Below are positions 13,466 to 25,152 of a stretch of 64,000 bases of DNA, piece after piece. A program made the translations under genes and the position numbers. Positions within the stretch are counted from its first letter, which is position 1. Every line of letters starts with the position of its first letter. Under the pieces are notes generated by a model. The model was not told the DNA's origin. It saw only the letters and a list, made by a program, of their open reading frames with translations, and ran no database searches. Source of the DNA: Eledone cirrhosa (Eukaryota); the NCBI GenBank assembly GCA_964016885.1, contig OZ024763.1, positions 21,576,001 through 21,640,000 on the forward strand, read 5' to 3'.

Positions 13466-13526
13466 TTTATTCTGATGACTGAAGACAGACATAACATCTG
13501 CCTTCAAGAAACCACTGGTAAATGAA
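13466..13526 (+). ncRNA. Type I hammerhead ribozyme motif
   Basis: tttatt CTGATGA ctgaagacagacataacatctgccttcaa GAAA ccactgg TA aatgaa. The tail runs into (TA)n at 13558. 13258-13299 is an inverted copy of 13517-13558. Confidence 0.78.
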
Positions 13527-13702
13527 ATAATTATCTTATGTTGTTTATTATATAACTATATATATATATATATATATAGTTACATCAGTGACGTATATAG
13601 GTACTTAAGTTTTGTTGGGTTCTGGACCACAATTCATTCAGTTTGTCATAAGAATGAACTGAGTTCTCTTATCTTGGATATTTCTAGCAAAATTTTACTA
13701 CA

Positions 13703-13746
<44 letters not shown>

Positions 13747-13757
13747 TTTATAGAAGG

Positions 13758-13808
13758 AGCTTCTACAGGACTAGTACTGTTTCATTCAGATGAAATCTTC
13801 AGGAAGCT
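13758..13808 (-). ncRNA. Type I hammerhead ribozyme motif (inverted copy)
   Basis: Exact reverse complement of 13827-13877. Confidence 0.88.
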
Positions 13809-13826
13809 GAAGATTCAGGAAGCTGA

Positions 13827-13877
13827 AGCTTCCTGAAGATTTCATCTGAATGAAACAGTACTAGTCCTGTAGAAGCT
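13827..13877 (+). ncRNA. Type I hammerhead ribozyme motif, GUA cleavage triplet
   Basis: agcttc CTGAAGA tttcatctgaat GAAA cag-tactagtc-ctg TA gaagct. 6-bp stem I, 3-bp stem III extension, loop containing palindromic ACTAGT. Confidence 0.9.
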
Positions 13878-13989
13878 CCTTCTATAAAATAAAAAAATTT
13901 TACTCTGCCATGTATTGAGTACCTTACTTACTGTGGTTATCCCCGACTCAACCTGGGACCTACGTATATATATATATATATATATATAT

Positions 13990-14220
13990 CATCATCATCA
14001 TCATCATCGTTTAACGTCCATCTTTCACGCTAGCATGGGCTAGACGGGAGTTGTCCCACTTGAGGCAAGGTTGGTCGGATGACCGTGTCTTGCTCGTATA
14101 GGAGTATCTGGCAGGCTTTCTACGGCTGGATGCCCTTCCTAACACCAGCCACATTTACAGTGTGGAACTGGGAACTTTTTACCGTGTTACCTACACGGCC
14201 ACATTACAGCGTGGACTGTG
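13990..14220 (-). mobile_element. SINE 3' portion (same family as 8729-9000)
   Basis: (CAT)n tail followed by ggatgcccttcctaacacc body. Confidence 0.75.
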
Positions 14221-14280
14221 AGTAGTTTAATTTTATTTTATATATATATATATATATATATATTCAAAGGAAATCATCAG

Positions 14281-14334
14281 GGCTTTCCTGATGATTTCCC
14301 TCGAATGAAACAGTTCTATATTCCTGTAGAAGCC
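14281..14334 (+). ncRNA. Type I hammerhead ribozyme motif (13827 family) with short 5' fold-back
   Basis: ggctttc CTGATGA tttccctcgaat GAAA cag-ttctatattc-ctg TA gaagcc. 14263-14281 is an inverted copy of the core. Shares the atgtattgagtacctta tail with the 13827 element. Confidence 0.8.
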
Positions 14335-14410
14335 GTTTCTATATTACATCTGTTGCATACACTCTACTAATGTATTGAGTACCTTAGTTGCAGTGATTAC
14401 CTCTGATTGA

Positions 14411-14468
<58 letters not shown>

Positions 14469-14520
14469 CATCATTATCCACATGATCTTTATCATTATCC
14501 TTTTGCATATAGTATATATA

Positions 14521-14564
<44 letters not shown>

Positions 14565-14579
14565 TATATATATACTATA

Positions 14580-14678
<99 letters not shown>

Positions 14679-14948
14679 ACGATAATGAAAGTGTCTCTAG
14701 AAATGTATTATTTATTGCTAAGATGTCTATCTTTACTGAAAAGTGCAAAGTGGTGTGGGTGGAGTGGGACGGTGTGGTGGGAAGAGCTGGCAGGAACTGT
14801 TAATTAAGAAAGTCAATATTGTACATGAATAAAAGTTTATAATACTATAATAATAAAATATAGTATTATAAATTTTTTATTTGTGTAAACTATTCCTGTC
14901 CTATTGTATTGTCCCCTATATGTCGGCCCTTGTGACCAATAAGGAATT

Positions 14949-15135
14949 GGTGGATTGGCAGTATCGAGAGAGGGTCGGATACTATGCTTTGCAGCATAAA
15001 GTTACGGCTTTTTATTGTCTGAGTTCAGATCCTGCCGAGGTTAACTTTGCCTTTCATCCTTAGAGGGTCGATGAAATAAAGTACCAGTAATGTACTGGGT
15101 AATTGCTGGCCTTCTGCCAATAGTAGAAACAATTA
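14949..15135 (+). mobile_element. Meta-like SINE
   Basis: Same head and core as 739-983. Confidence 0.8.
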
Positions 15136-15492
15136 TTATACTTGGTATCTCAGTCATTGATGTTATTCAACTGGAATAGTTGCCCTAATTAACATCAAGT
15201 CACTACCTGATACCTCAGATATTCAGGACATATTGGAGGGGGGGGGGGGTCCTGTTGTTCCAAGTAGGCATGCCTTTTGAAGTGTTCCAAAAAAAGGGGT
15301 GCTAGGCTAATGGTCTTTAGCCAGCCTTGGAAACTCTTCAAGACAGAACCCAGTGCTCCCGTGATGATGGGTAAGGCCTTGATATCATGACAGTCGTAAA
15401 TCCTTTTCAGTTCCTACTTCAGATCCTTGTCCTAGTTAATTTTTCCCCTCTACTTTTCCTGTACTCTTGTGTCGAAGGGGCAAGCTACACCT
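15136..15492 (-). mobile_element. Decayed RLE-type (R4/Dong-like) LINE C-terminal fragment
   Basis: Minus-strand translation GVACPFDTRVQEK*..ELKRIYDCHDIKALPIITGALGSV matches the C-terminal half of the RLE domain. Bounded by (TAA)n-type repeats. Confidence 0.7.
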
Positions 15493-15516
15493 ATTATTAT
15501 TATTATTATTATTGGC

Positions 15517-15730
15517 AGTGGATTAGCAGTATCAGTAGAACACCGGACATCATGCTTCGTAGCATAGAGTTACGGCCCTTTACAGACTGAGTTCAAATTC
15601 CGCCGAGGTTAGCTTTGCCTTCCATCCTTCCTGGGGTCGATAAAATAGAGTACCAATAACCTGCTGGGGTTGATTTAATCGACTTTCCCCTCCCCTTCAA
15701 ATTGCTGGCCTTGTGCCTAAAGTAGAAATT
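15517..15730 (+). mobile_element. Meta-like SINE
   Basis: Same head and core. Confidence 0.8.
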
Positions 15731-16073
15731 GTTGTTGCTGTTGTTGTTGTTGTATTTCCATTTTAAAAAGTGTTAAAGGTGCCAAGTTTTATATTTACAA
15801 GAAATATTTCATCATTGTCTATTAGATAATCCTCAGAATCATAATAGTACTGGCTTTATGTTAAGTTCTATTCTTTTGTTGACATGTTGGCATTAGTTGA
15901 GTGGGTTTGCAAGAGATGTGTTCTCTAATATTTATCAATTTCATAACCTCAAGTAGGAATCATGCCAAATAAAAAAACAAAATAAAAAATAAATTAAAAT
16001 GAAATAAAAAAAAAAAAAAGGTGCTGAAAAAAAATCTTTTGTTGTATCAGGGTCATGTCAACCTCCCATTAAA

Positions 16074-16262
16074 GGGCGGTGGATTGGCAGTATCGGTAGA
16101 GGGTCGGACGCCATGCTTTCCAGCATAGTTACGTCCCTTTACGATCTGAGTTCAAATCCCGCCGAGGTTGACTTTGCCTTTCATCCTTACAGGGTCGATA
16201 AAATAAAGTACCAGTAATGCACTGGGTAATTGCTGGCCTTGTGCCTAAAGTAGAAACAATTA
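16074..16262 (+). mobile_element. Meta-like SINE
   Basis: Near-identical to 41446-41635 and 43785-43970. Confidence 0.85.
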
Positions 16263-16339
16263 ATGTGGTTCATGATGATATGCACCCAGTACACTCTGTA
16301 AAGTATAAACTGGTTGCCATTAGGAAGAGCATATATTTT

Positions 16340-16612
16340 GTCTTCACCTACTTATTCCTGAGAGAAAGAGTTGTGGGTGTTGAATCCTCAAACACTCCCT
16401 CCAGTGGGTCCTGTCAGAAGGTCCCTGCCTCCAACTGATCTGGCTGGAGGATCTCCAAACGAGACCAGCCAAGCTCATGGATGTTATCCAACCATCTTGC
16501 TCGGGGTCATCCCCTGGGTCTCCTACCAGTTGGTTTTGCCCGTAAAACCTCTCCAGTGATTCTTTCCTCAGACATTCTAACCACATGTCCATAGTATCAG
16601 AGCTGGATCCCC
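16340..16612 (-). mobile_element. RTE-clade LINE 3' fragment
   Basis: QLRYYGHVVRM..GRPRG..RARWLDNIHEL-type motif. Homologous to 18720-19015 and 32278-32810. Confidence 0.7.
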
Positions 16613-17190
16613 AGTGGTGGTGATGGGGGTGATGATGATGACTGTGATGGTGGTGATGGGGGTGATGGGGGTGATGATAATGATGATGACTGTGATGGTG
16701 GTGATGGGAGTGATGGGGGTGATGGTGGTGATGGGAGTGATGGGGGTGATGGTGGTGATGATGACTGTGATGGTAGTGATGGTGGTGATGGTGATGGTAG
16801 TAATGCTGATGATAATGATGATGACTGTGATGGTAGTGATGGTAGTGATGGTGGTGATGGTAGTGATGGTGGTGATGGTGGTGATGGTGGTGATGATGAT
16901 GGTAGTAATGCTGATGATGATAATGATGATGACTGATGGTAGTGATGGTGGTGATGGTGGTGATGGTGGTGATGGTGGTGATGGTGGTGATGGTGGTGAT
17001 GATAGTGATGGTGGTGATGGTGGTGATGGTGGTGATGGTAGTGATGGTGGTGATGATGATGGTTGTAATGCTGATGATGATAATGATGATGACTGATGGG
17101 GTGATGGCAATGATGATGATGGTGGTAGTAATGCTGATGATGATAAGAATGGTGGTGGTGATGGTGGTGATGGTGGTAGTGATGGTGATA
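16613..17190. repeat. (GAT/GGT)n microsatellite
   Basis: Seen directly. Confidence 0.95.
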
Positions 17191-17378
17191 ATAATTGTTT
17201 CTAATTTTGGCACAAGGCCAGCAATTACCCACAGCGCATTACTGGTACTTTATTTTATCGACCCCGTAAGGATGAAAGGCAAAGCTAACCTCGGCGGGAT
17301 TTGAACTCAAAATGTAAAGGGCCGTAACCCTATGCCGCTAAGCATGTTGCCCGACGCTCTACCGATTCTGCCAATCCA
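17190..17378 (-). mobile_element. Meta-like SINE
   Basis: Reverse complement of the family consensus. Confidence 0.8.
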
Positions 17379-17689
17379 ATGATGGTGATGGTAGTGATGA
17401 TAATGGTAACAATGATGATTTGCTTATATAACTATAGTTAGTCAGTTAGTAGCATCTGTCTTATTCTTAGTATCTTTATATTTGTGTCTATAGACAATAA
17501 CTTATCTCTGGTTTAGTACATCAATATTGATAAGTGACTCGTTTACTGTTTAGTATACTAAGTATTGATAAAAGCAAGCCTTCCTGTTTAGTGTGTAGTT
17601 AGTCTAGTCTTGCAGTATTAATAATATTATGTATGTATTAGTAGCTAGTGTCTTGTTTGGTCATAACTATTGATACTAGCTGCTGGATT

Positions 17690-18256
17690 CCTGTTTACTG
17701 GTATATATTAGTTAAACTACTAGTAGACTTAGTTGGTACTAACTGGAGTCTTGTTTACTGGTATATATTAGTTATTAGTTAAACTACTAGTAGTCTTAGT
17801 TGGTACTAACTGGTGTCTTGTTTACTGGTATATATTAGTTATTAATTAAACTACTAGTAGACTTAGTTGGTACTAACTGTAGTCTTGTTTACTGGTATAT
17901 ATTAGTTATTAGTTAAACTACTAGTAGACTTAGTTGGTACTAACTGGTGTCTTGTTTACTGGTATATATTAGTTATTAGTTAAACTACTAGTAGACTTAG
18001 TTGGTACTAACTGGTGTCTTGTTTACTGGTATATATTAGTTATTAATTAAACTACTAGTAGACTTAGTTGGTACTAACTGGAGTCTTGTTTACTGGTATA
18101 TATTAGTTATTAGTTAAACTACTAGTTGACTTAGTTAGTACTAGCTGTAGTCTTGTTTACTGGTATATATCAGTTATTAGTTAAACTACTAGTAGACTTA
18201 GTTGGTACTAACTGTAGTCTGGTATATATTAGTTATTAGTTTAACTATACTAGTAG
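17690..18256. repeat. 67-bp tandem repeat, about 8 copies
   Basis: tcttgtttactggtatatattagttattagttaaactactagtagacttagttggtactaactgg.. recurs at 17749, 17816, 17883 and onward. Confidence 0.92.
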
Positions 18257-18719
18257 TCTGATTTGACAAGCTCCACCCCACTCAGTAATTGAATGAGGTC
18301 TGGAACCTTGTCAATCGACTGTCCTCCGAAGCCCTACTAATAGACTCAGTTGATACTAATAGAAGTCTTGCTTACTAGTATATATTAGTTATTAGTTAAA
18401 CTATACTTTAGTGAAGGTGTGTGGCTTAGTGGTTAGAGAATTGGATTCACAATTGTGAGGTTGTGACTTTGATTCCTGGACAAGCAATGTGTTATGTCCT
18501 TGAGCAAGACACTTTGCTTCACATTGCTCCTTCTGCCAGGAGTTGCAACCAGTAGGTAGTATTAACAATTGGAAAGACCAATGGAAACATTGTTTCCTCA
18601 GTCTGAATGAAGTCTGAGATCTTGTCGATTGACTGCTCTCCTAAATCTAACTAGTAGACAGAGTTATTACTAACTGGAGTCTTGTTTGCTAATATATATT
18701 AGTCATTTTGTAATGGAGT

Positions 18720-19015
18720 TCTTCACCCACTTATTCCTGAGAGGGTCATGGGGGCAGAGTCCTTAAACACTCCTTCCAGCAGGTCCTGTCAGAAGCAACC
18801 ATCTCCAACTGATCTGGCTGGATCCCCAAGCGAGACCAGCCAAGCTCATGGATGTTATCCAACCATCTCTCTCAGAGTCTCCTGCTGGTTGGTTCGGCCC
18901 TTAAAATCTGTCCAGCAATTCTTTCCTGAGACATTCTAACCACATGTCCATAGTATTGGAGCTGTGATCTCTCAAGTCGTAGAAGTAACTGCTCTACCTG
19001 GAGTGACTCTCTGAT
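18720..19015 (-). mobile_element. RTE-clade LINE 3' fragment
   Basis: Homologous to 16340-16612. Confidence 0.7.
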
Positions 19016-19456
19016 CTCCAAGTTACGCTAAACAACACTTAAAATATTTTAAACATCAAAATATTAAAACATCATTGATGTATTTTATACTCCTGAGAAT
19101 TTCAAAACCACACCATCTAAACATAATGTAGTGATTAGTTCCCTTGGATTATAAACGGGATTTAGATTTTGACCCATTTCTCAGACATGAAAGAGTGGGG
19201 TCGGCTTATATTCAAGTATATACTTTAGTTACCAATCCAGCCAAAACTGGTTCTGGTTCTATGAAATAAATCTACTCATCTTTAAGGTTTCCAATTTAAA
19301 TTAAAATCTTCCAATATAATCTTATATACGAACCTTACATTAAGTTACTATTTTAGTCATGAAATGATTAATAATTTCAGTAAATCCCTCAAAATTCTTC
19401 ATTAATTAATTAAAATAGAGTGTATTTCTAATGAAATACTGTCGTGAAAGGGTTAA

Positions 19457-19644
19457 CCCTTTAGCATTTACATTACTCTATATTTACTTTTGTATTGAGG
19501 TTGGTGCTAGGAAGGGCATCCAGCTGTAGAAATCAAGTCCAAATCAGTTCCGTATGAGCAAGACATGGTCACCTGACCTGGCATTGCCCACAACAAGACA
19601 ACCTGTCTAACCCATGCTAGCGTGAAAGAATGGACATAAAACAG

Positions 19645-19679
<35 letters not shown>

Positions 19680-19847
19680 ACGGTAAAGGCTTTACCTCAC
19701 ATAATCATCTCACATAATATCGAATCTATGAGATTTTGATATTATTCATTTTGAGAACAATACTTCAACGTCAGTATGTGCAGCCAGTTTGGACAGAAAT
19801 AGGTGAGAGAATTGTGGCCAGATATGGCCAGTTTAAATGCTAAAGGG
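19457..19847. mobile_element. piggyBac-type MITE (TTAA target duplication, CCCTTTAGCATTTA TIR) interrupted by a SINE fragment
   Basis: ttaa|ccctttagcattta ... taaatgctaaaggg|ttaa. SINE 3' piece at about 19497-19675. Confidence 0.8.
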
Positions 19848-20306
19848 TTAAAGTGTACTAGCAGACAGAATTGTTACTAACCAAAGTCTTGTTTGCTGGT
19901 ATATATTAGTTATTTAGCTAAACTATACTAGAAGACTGAGGAGAGGTCTTGCAAAGCAAACATCATGGATGCTTTCAGCCTCTCCTTATCTCACCATCTC
20001 CTCTCACCACCAACACACCACCCAATTACCTTCAATGACTAACGTAAACATACAAATTTGTACTAACAGTTTTGTTAGTAATGATGGTTGTTTGTTACAA
20101 TAAATAATATTGATGGCTCTCTAACTATAAGTGATAGCAGCTTGAGGAATCTGAAGAGAATTTTTTGGATATTAAATAAACTAATAACTTTATATGTGTG
20201 TGTGTAGGTGTAGGTGTAGGTGTAGGTGTGTGTGTCTGTATGAGTGAGGGAAACAGAGAGAGAAAGAGGGAGAGAATGGAAGCAAGGAGAAATGAAATAA
20301 AGAGTA

Positions 20307-20341
<35 letters not shown>

Positions 20342-20565
20342 CATATATGTATATGGATGTATGTATATATATATACATATATATATATGGATGTATGTAT
20401 ATATATATACATATATGTATATGGATGTATGTATATATATATACATATATGTATATGGATGTATGTATATATATATACATATATGTATATGGATGTATGT
20501 ATATATATATACATATATGTATATGGATGTATGTATATATATATACATATATATATATATGGATG

Positions 20566-20610
<45 letters not shown>

Positions 20611-20702
20611 ATATGTATATGGATGGATGTGTGTATATATATATATATGGATGTATATTGTATATATATATATGTGTGTATCTGTGTGTGTGTGGATATA
20701 TA

Positions 20703-20769
<67 letters not shown>

Positions 20770-21571
20770 TTGTGTATGTATATATATAGAGAGAGAGAGA
20801 GAGAAAGAGAGATAGAATAACTATTTTCTGCCTGACTAAAATATTTATCAGTTCATTGGGGAACTGAACTTCATCCCAATATTGGTTGTATTTCATCTGA
20901 AGCACAAACTACTTAAATTTGCACAGAGAAGTCAAACTGCAGTGTTTGCTATGTTAATATAAGTTCTTTTGTTTCATAAATTTTTCATTTCAAATCATGT
21001 GAACTTATTAAATCATAGAATTTTAAAAGCATGTCCTATTGAATAATAAATTGTGATTTTCAGTATACCCAATTTAAATAAATATTGATTAGCTGAAGAA
21101 ATTAGTGCTTCCACAGTGCATTGTGTTGAGAAATGGCATTTAAGATATCTCTGTTGCCATAGCTAATGGTTTATTATAATAATGGTTTATGGTTAAGCAA
21201 CAAGGTCAATAATTCTGAGGGGAAGGGTGAAAGTCAATTAAATCGATCCCAGTGCATTACAGGTACTTTATTTTATTGATTTAATGATAATGGTTTCGGA
21301 TTTAGACGCAAGGAAAGGGTGAAAGTCAATTAAATCAACCCAGTGAATTACTGGTACTTTATTTTATTGATCTGATAATGGATTTAGACGCAAGGCCAAC
21401 AATCTTTTGGCAAAGGCTAAAGTTGATTATATTAACCCCAGTGCATTACTGGTACTTTATTTTATTGACCCTGTAAGGATGAAAAGCAAAGCTAACTTCA
21501 GCAGGATTTGAATCCAATACACTTATATATATACATATATATATATTATACATATATATATATATATATAA

Positions 21572-21903
21572 TGGAGGCACATGGCTTAGTGGTTAGAGCA
21601 TTGGCCTTGCAATTGAAAGGTTGTGAGTTCAATTCTCAGACCGGGTGATGTGTTGTTTCCTTGAGCAAGACACTTTATTTCACATTGCTCCAGTTTACTC
21701 AGCTGTAGAAATGAGATGATAGGGACTGAGGTCCCTATCATCCACTGCAAAGTGGTCGTGGAGGTGCCACGGCAAAAAAGCACCCAGCACTCACTGTAAA
21801 TGAGGTTGGTGTTAGGAAGGGCATCCACCTGTAGAAATCAAGCCAGAATCAGTTCCCGTCTCACCCTTGCAAGCAGGGAAAAGTGGACGTAAAATGATGA
21901 TGA
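21572..21903 (+). mobile_element. CORE-type SINE with RTE tail
   Basis: Full head, CORE-like segment, internal hairpin tgatagggac..gtccctatca, (GAT)n tail. Confidence 0.85.
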
Positions 21904-21965
21904 TATATATAAATGCAAGAAGTGTAAGTCAACAAGGTAAAGTTGGCTTCGTTTATTCATATTCG

Positions 21966-22022
21966 CTGCTATATATATTTCAGAAATAGCCATTATTCAA
22001 CAGCTATGACCTCATCAGGCAA
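21966..22022 (-). ncRNA. Minimal type I hammerhead ribozyme motif
   Basis: Reverse complement: ttgc CTGATGA ggtcatagctgttgaataatggctatttct GAAA tatata TA gcag. Stem II atagct/ggctat. Confidence 0.75.
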
Positions 22023-22249
22023 TAAGAACTTGAACAGAAGAAACAGGAAAACATAATGTTGTAATAGATTTTACCTTGTTAATCCATTGATATGTTCAGA
22101 TCCAGAGTGTCGTGTTAGTACTCTAAGGAACTGAAAGCATATCATATATATATATATAATACATATACTTATTTTTCTGGTTGTTTGTGTGTACGTGTAT
22201 TTTACACGGCAACATAGCGATGGGTTTTACTAGTAATGATAATAATAAT

Positions 22250-23140
22250 AATAATGAAATTATTGTGTACAGTGTTCAGGTGCACTACAACTCATCAAAG
22301 GTGCATGTATAGTACATACAATAATATACAAATGTCAGGGAAGTGAATAGTGTATGAGTCATGATATACATGTGTGCGCGTGTATGGAGGGAGAATATTA
22401 GGTGCAATGTTGGCGAATCTCAGGAAGTATGGAGGTTTTAAAAGATGCAATGTCTCGACAGCTAATAACTGATGCAGGTAGTTTGTTCCATGGAGGTTTT
22501 AAAGGATGCAGTGTCCCAACAGCTAATAACTGATGTAGGTAGTTTGTTCCATGGAGGTTTTAAAGGATGCAGTGTCTCGACTGCTAACAACTGATGCAGG
22601 TAGTTTGTTCCATGGAAGTTTTAAAGGATGCAGTGTCTCGACAGCTAATAACTGATGTAGATAGTTTGTTCCATGGAGGTTTTAAAGGATGCAGTGTCTC
22701 GACAGCTAATAACTGATGTAGGTAGTTTGTTCCATGGAGGTTTTAAAGGATGCAGTGTCTCGACTGCTAACAACTGATGCAGGTAGTTTGTTCCATGGAA
22801 GTTTTAAAGGATGCAGTGTCTCGACAGCTAATAACTGATGTAGATAGTTTGTTCCATGGAGGTTTTAAAGGATGCAGTGTCTCGACTGCTAACAACTGAT
22901 GTAGGTAGTTTGTTCCATGGAGGTTTTAAAGGATGCAGTGTCTCGACAGCTAATAACTGATGCAGGTAGTTTGTTCCATGGAGGTTTTAAAGGATGCAGT
23001 GTCTCGACAGCTAACAACTGATAAAGGTAGTTTATTACATGCTTCAGCAACTCTAACCATGAAAAAATGTTTCCGACTGTCATGGGAGCTGTGCTGTTTT
23101 CTGACTTTGTTGGCCTGGCCACATGTGTTTGACACATGGA
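22250..23140 (-). mobile_element. CR1/L2-type LINE 3' end (ORF2 C-terminus, 3' UTR, (ATT)n tail)
   Basis: Minus-strand translation RKHFFMVRVAEACNKLP..SFK matches the R..FF..RV...WN.LP C-terminal motif. The same UTR occurs at 42640-42945 and 47178-47270. Confidence 0.75.
22430..23040. repeat. 61-bp tandem array derived from the LINE ORF2 C-terminus, about 10 copies
   Basis: Unit ggaggttttaaaggatgcagtgtctcgacagctaataactgatgcaggtagtttgttccat. Its reverse complement encodes WNKLPASVISCRDTASFKTSM. Confidence 0.9.
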
Positions 23141-23149
23141 AATCAATGA

Positions 23150-23372
23150 TGGTTTCTGATTTAGGCACAAGGTAACAATTTTATAGGGAAGGTGAAAGTC
23201 AATTAAATTTTCCCCAGTGCATTACTGGAACTTTATTTTTTATTAACCCCTGTAAAGATGAAAGGCAAAGCTAGCCTTGGTGGGATTTGAACTCAGAACA
23301 TAAAGGGCTGTAACTATATACCACAGAGCATGTTGTTCAATACACTGCCAATACTGCTAATCCACCACCCTT
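23150..23372 (-). mobile_element. Meta-like SINE
   Basis: Reverse complement of the family. Confidence 0.75.
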
Positions 23373-23662
23373 ATACCAACAACAACAACAACAACAATAA
23401 TAATAAATCGATTGACTTAAGAAATTAGTGCTTTTAGAGTGCATTCTGTGTTGAGAAATGGCACCTAAGACATCTCAATTGCTATAATTAGTGATTTATT
23501 ATATTTAACTCTAGGCCTGTACCGAGAGAGATGCCTAGGATTACAGCCTGTTTCAAATGGTCAGCAACTAAACCAGTTCCCCAGCACCACACAAATAAAT
23601 AAAAAAAATGGGGAGGTGACCACCGTCAAATAAGGTGCTGAATATGTTAGTAGAGTATAGGT

Positions 23663-23719
23663 ATAACTAATCCTGATGATTTATTACAAATGAAACAGTT
23701 CTAGTCCTGTAGAAGTTAT
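23663..23719 (+). ncRNA. Type I hammerhead ribozyme motif (13827 family)
   Basis: ataact-aa-tc CTGATGA tttattacaaat GAAA cag-ttctagtc-ctg TA ga-agttat. Confidence 0.72.
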
Positions 23720-24034
23720 TTTTACAATAAAATGAATACGACCCGACGTCCCACGGGTACAAGCCGAAGCTGAAGCATATAGACAATATGCCCCCACCCC
23801 CTCCCACTGCAAAGTGGTTGTGAAGGTCCCACGCAAAAAAGCACCCAGCACTCACTGTAAATGAGGTTGGTGTTAGGAAGGGCATTCAGCTGTAGAAATT
23901 AAGCCAAAATCAGTTCCCTAATGAGCAAGACAAAGTTAGCTGACCGGGCACTGCCCACAACAGGACAACTCGTCTAACCCATGCTAGTGTGGAAGAATGG
24001 ATGTAAAACGGTGATGATGATGATGATGATATAT

Positions 24035-24290
24035 TCAGCTCAAAAGTGACTCAGAAGAGACTGTGGTTAGCTGGACATGCTCATGACATTCAGAGTTGAC
24101 ACTGCATTCAGTGGTCCTGTGGCAGTCCCTACATGGACACACTGGAAGAGGGAGACCGAGGTTGACTATGTTAATGCCCTAAGGAGAGACTCTGGTCTCT
24201 GGGAGACACAGGACATTGCAGCTGTGATGATGAGGGACAGAGACTGCTGGAGAGAACTTGTCCATGGATCTCGGAAATTTTACCTGTCTT
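24035..24290 (+). mobile_element. RTE-like LINE 3' fragment
   Basis: RLWLAGH..GRGRPR..RDRDCWRELV motifs across frameshifts. Confidence 0.6.
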
Positions 24291-24442
24291 TGAAGATATA
24301 TATATATATAAATGCTAGCATGGAAAAATGGACGTAAAACGGTGATGATGATGATGATGATGATATATATATATGTATGTATGTGTATATATATATATAC
24401 GATATATTAACAAATGGAAACTATATTTATAAAACCATATTT

Positions 24443-24505
24443 ATTTCATTATACATATTTCAAGGACACCAAGTTAAATTATGGTGTGCTTTCATCAGAT
24501 AAAAT
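24443..24505 (-). ncRNA. Minimal type I hammerhead motif (inverted copy)
   Basis: Reverse complement of 24901-24963. Confidence 0.8.
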
Positions 24506-24900
24506 ATATAGAGTAGTTTTAATATTGACATACCCTTAAAGAATGCGACCATTTCTGTTGGATTTCTTTTTTCGTTTCTCTCTTTTCTCTCTCTCCTCTT
24601 CTTTCTCTCTCTCCTCTTCTTTCTCTCTCTCCTTTTCTTATTTTCCTCTTAGAGTTTGCTCTTTTTTCTCTTTTTTCTCTTTTTTTTATATCTCTCTTTT
24701 TTCTCTCTCTTTTTTCCCTCTCTCTCCTTCTCCATAACCCAACGGCTTATTTAAATCTACTATGATTTTAAAATATCCAAAACTAATTTACATAATAGTA
24801 TTAATAAATTTATAACCCCACTATCCGGGAGCTTCCAACAGAAATGGTTGCATTCTTTAAGGGTATGTCAATATTTATTTATAAAACTGCTCTATATTAT

Positions 24901-24963
24901 ATTTTATCTGATGAAAGCACACCATAATTTAACTTGGTGTCCTTGAAATATGTATAATGAAAT
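24901..24963 (+). ncRNA. Minimal type I hammerhead motif
   Basis: attttat CTGATGA aagcacaccataatttaacttggtgtcctt GAAA tatgta TA atgaaat. Stem II acacca/tggtgt. Confidence 0.82.
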
Positions 24964-25152
24964 AAATATGGTTTTATAAATATAGTTTCCATTTGTTAAT
25001 ATATTGTATATTTACTCCAATAATTTGTTGAGAGCTTTATATCAGTTATAAAAATATTTGCTTGTTGTATCCCAATAATTTAAATAGAACTTCTACATAT
25101 ATATTTATATATATATGAGTGAGTCTGTGTGTGAATATGTATGCATGTATAT

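Larger units (their letters stand above)
13742..13965. mobile_element. Fold-back PLE-like element with two hammerheads, in (TA)n
   Basis: 13742-13808 is the reverse complement of 13827-13893. (TA)n on both sides. Confidence 0.85.
24396..25080. mobile_element. Fold-back PLE-like element, about 170-bp inverted arms around a 270-bp spacer
   Basis: 24396-24562 is the reverse complement of about 24834-25011. Confidence 0.8.

Noticed and set aside
21090-21150. CTGAAGA...GAAAtggcatt possible hammerhead
   Set aside because: No stem I, and the homologous copy near 23415 lacks CTGA.
21572-21645. tRNA genes (A/B-box sequences here and in other SINE heads)
   Set aside because: No complete cloverleaf, and they continue into SINE bodies.
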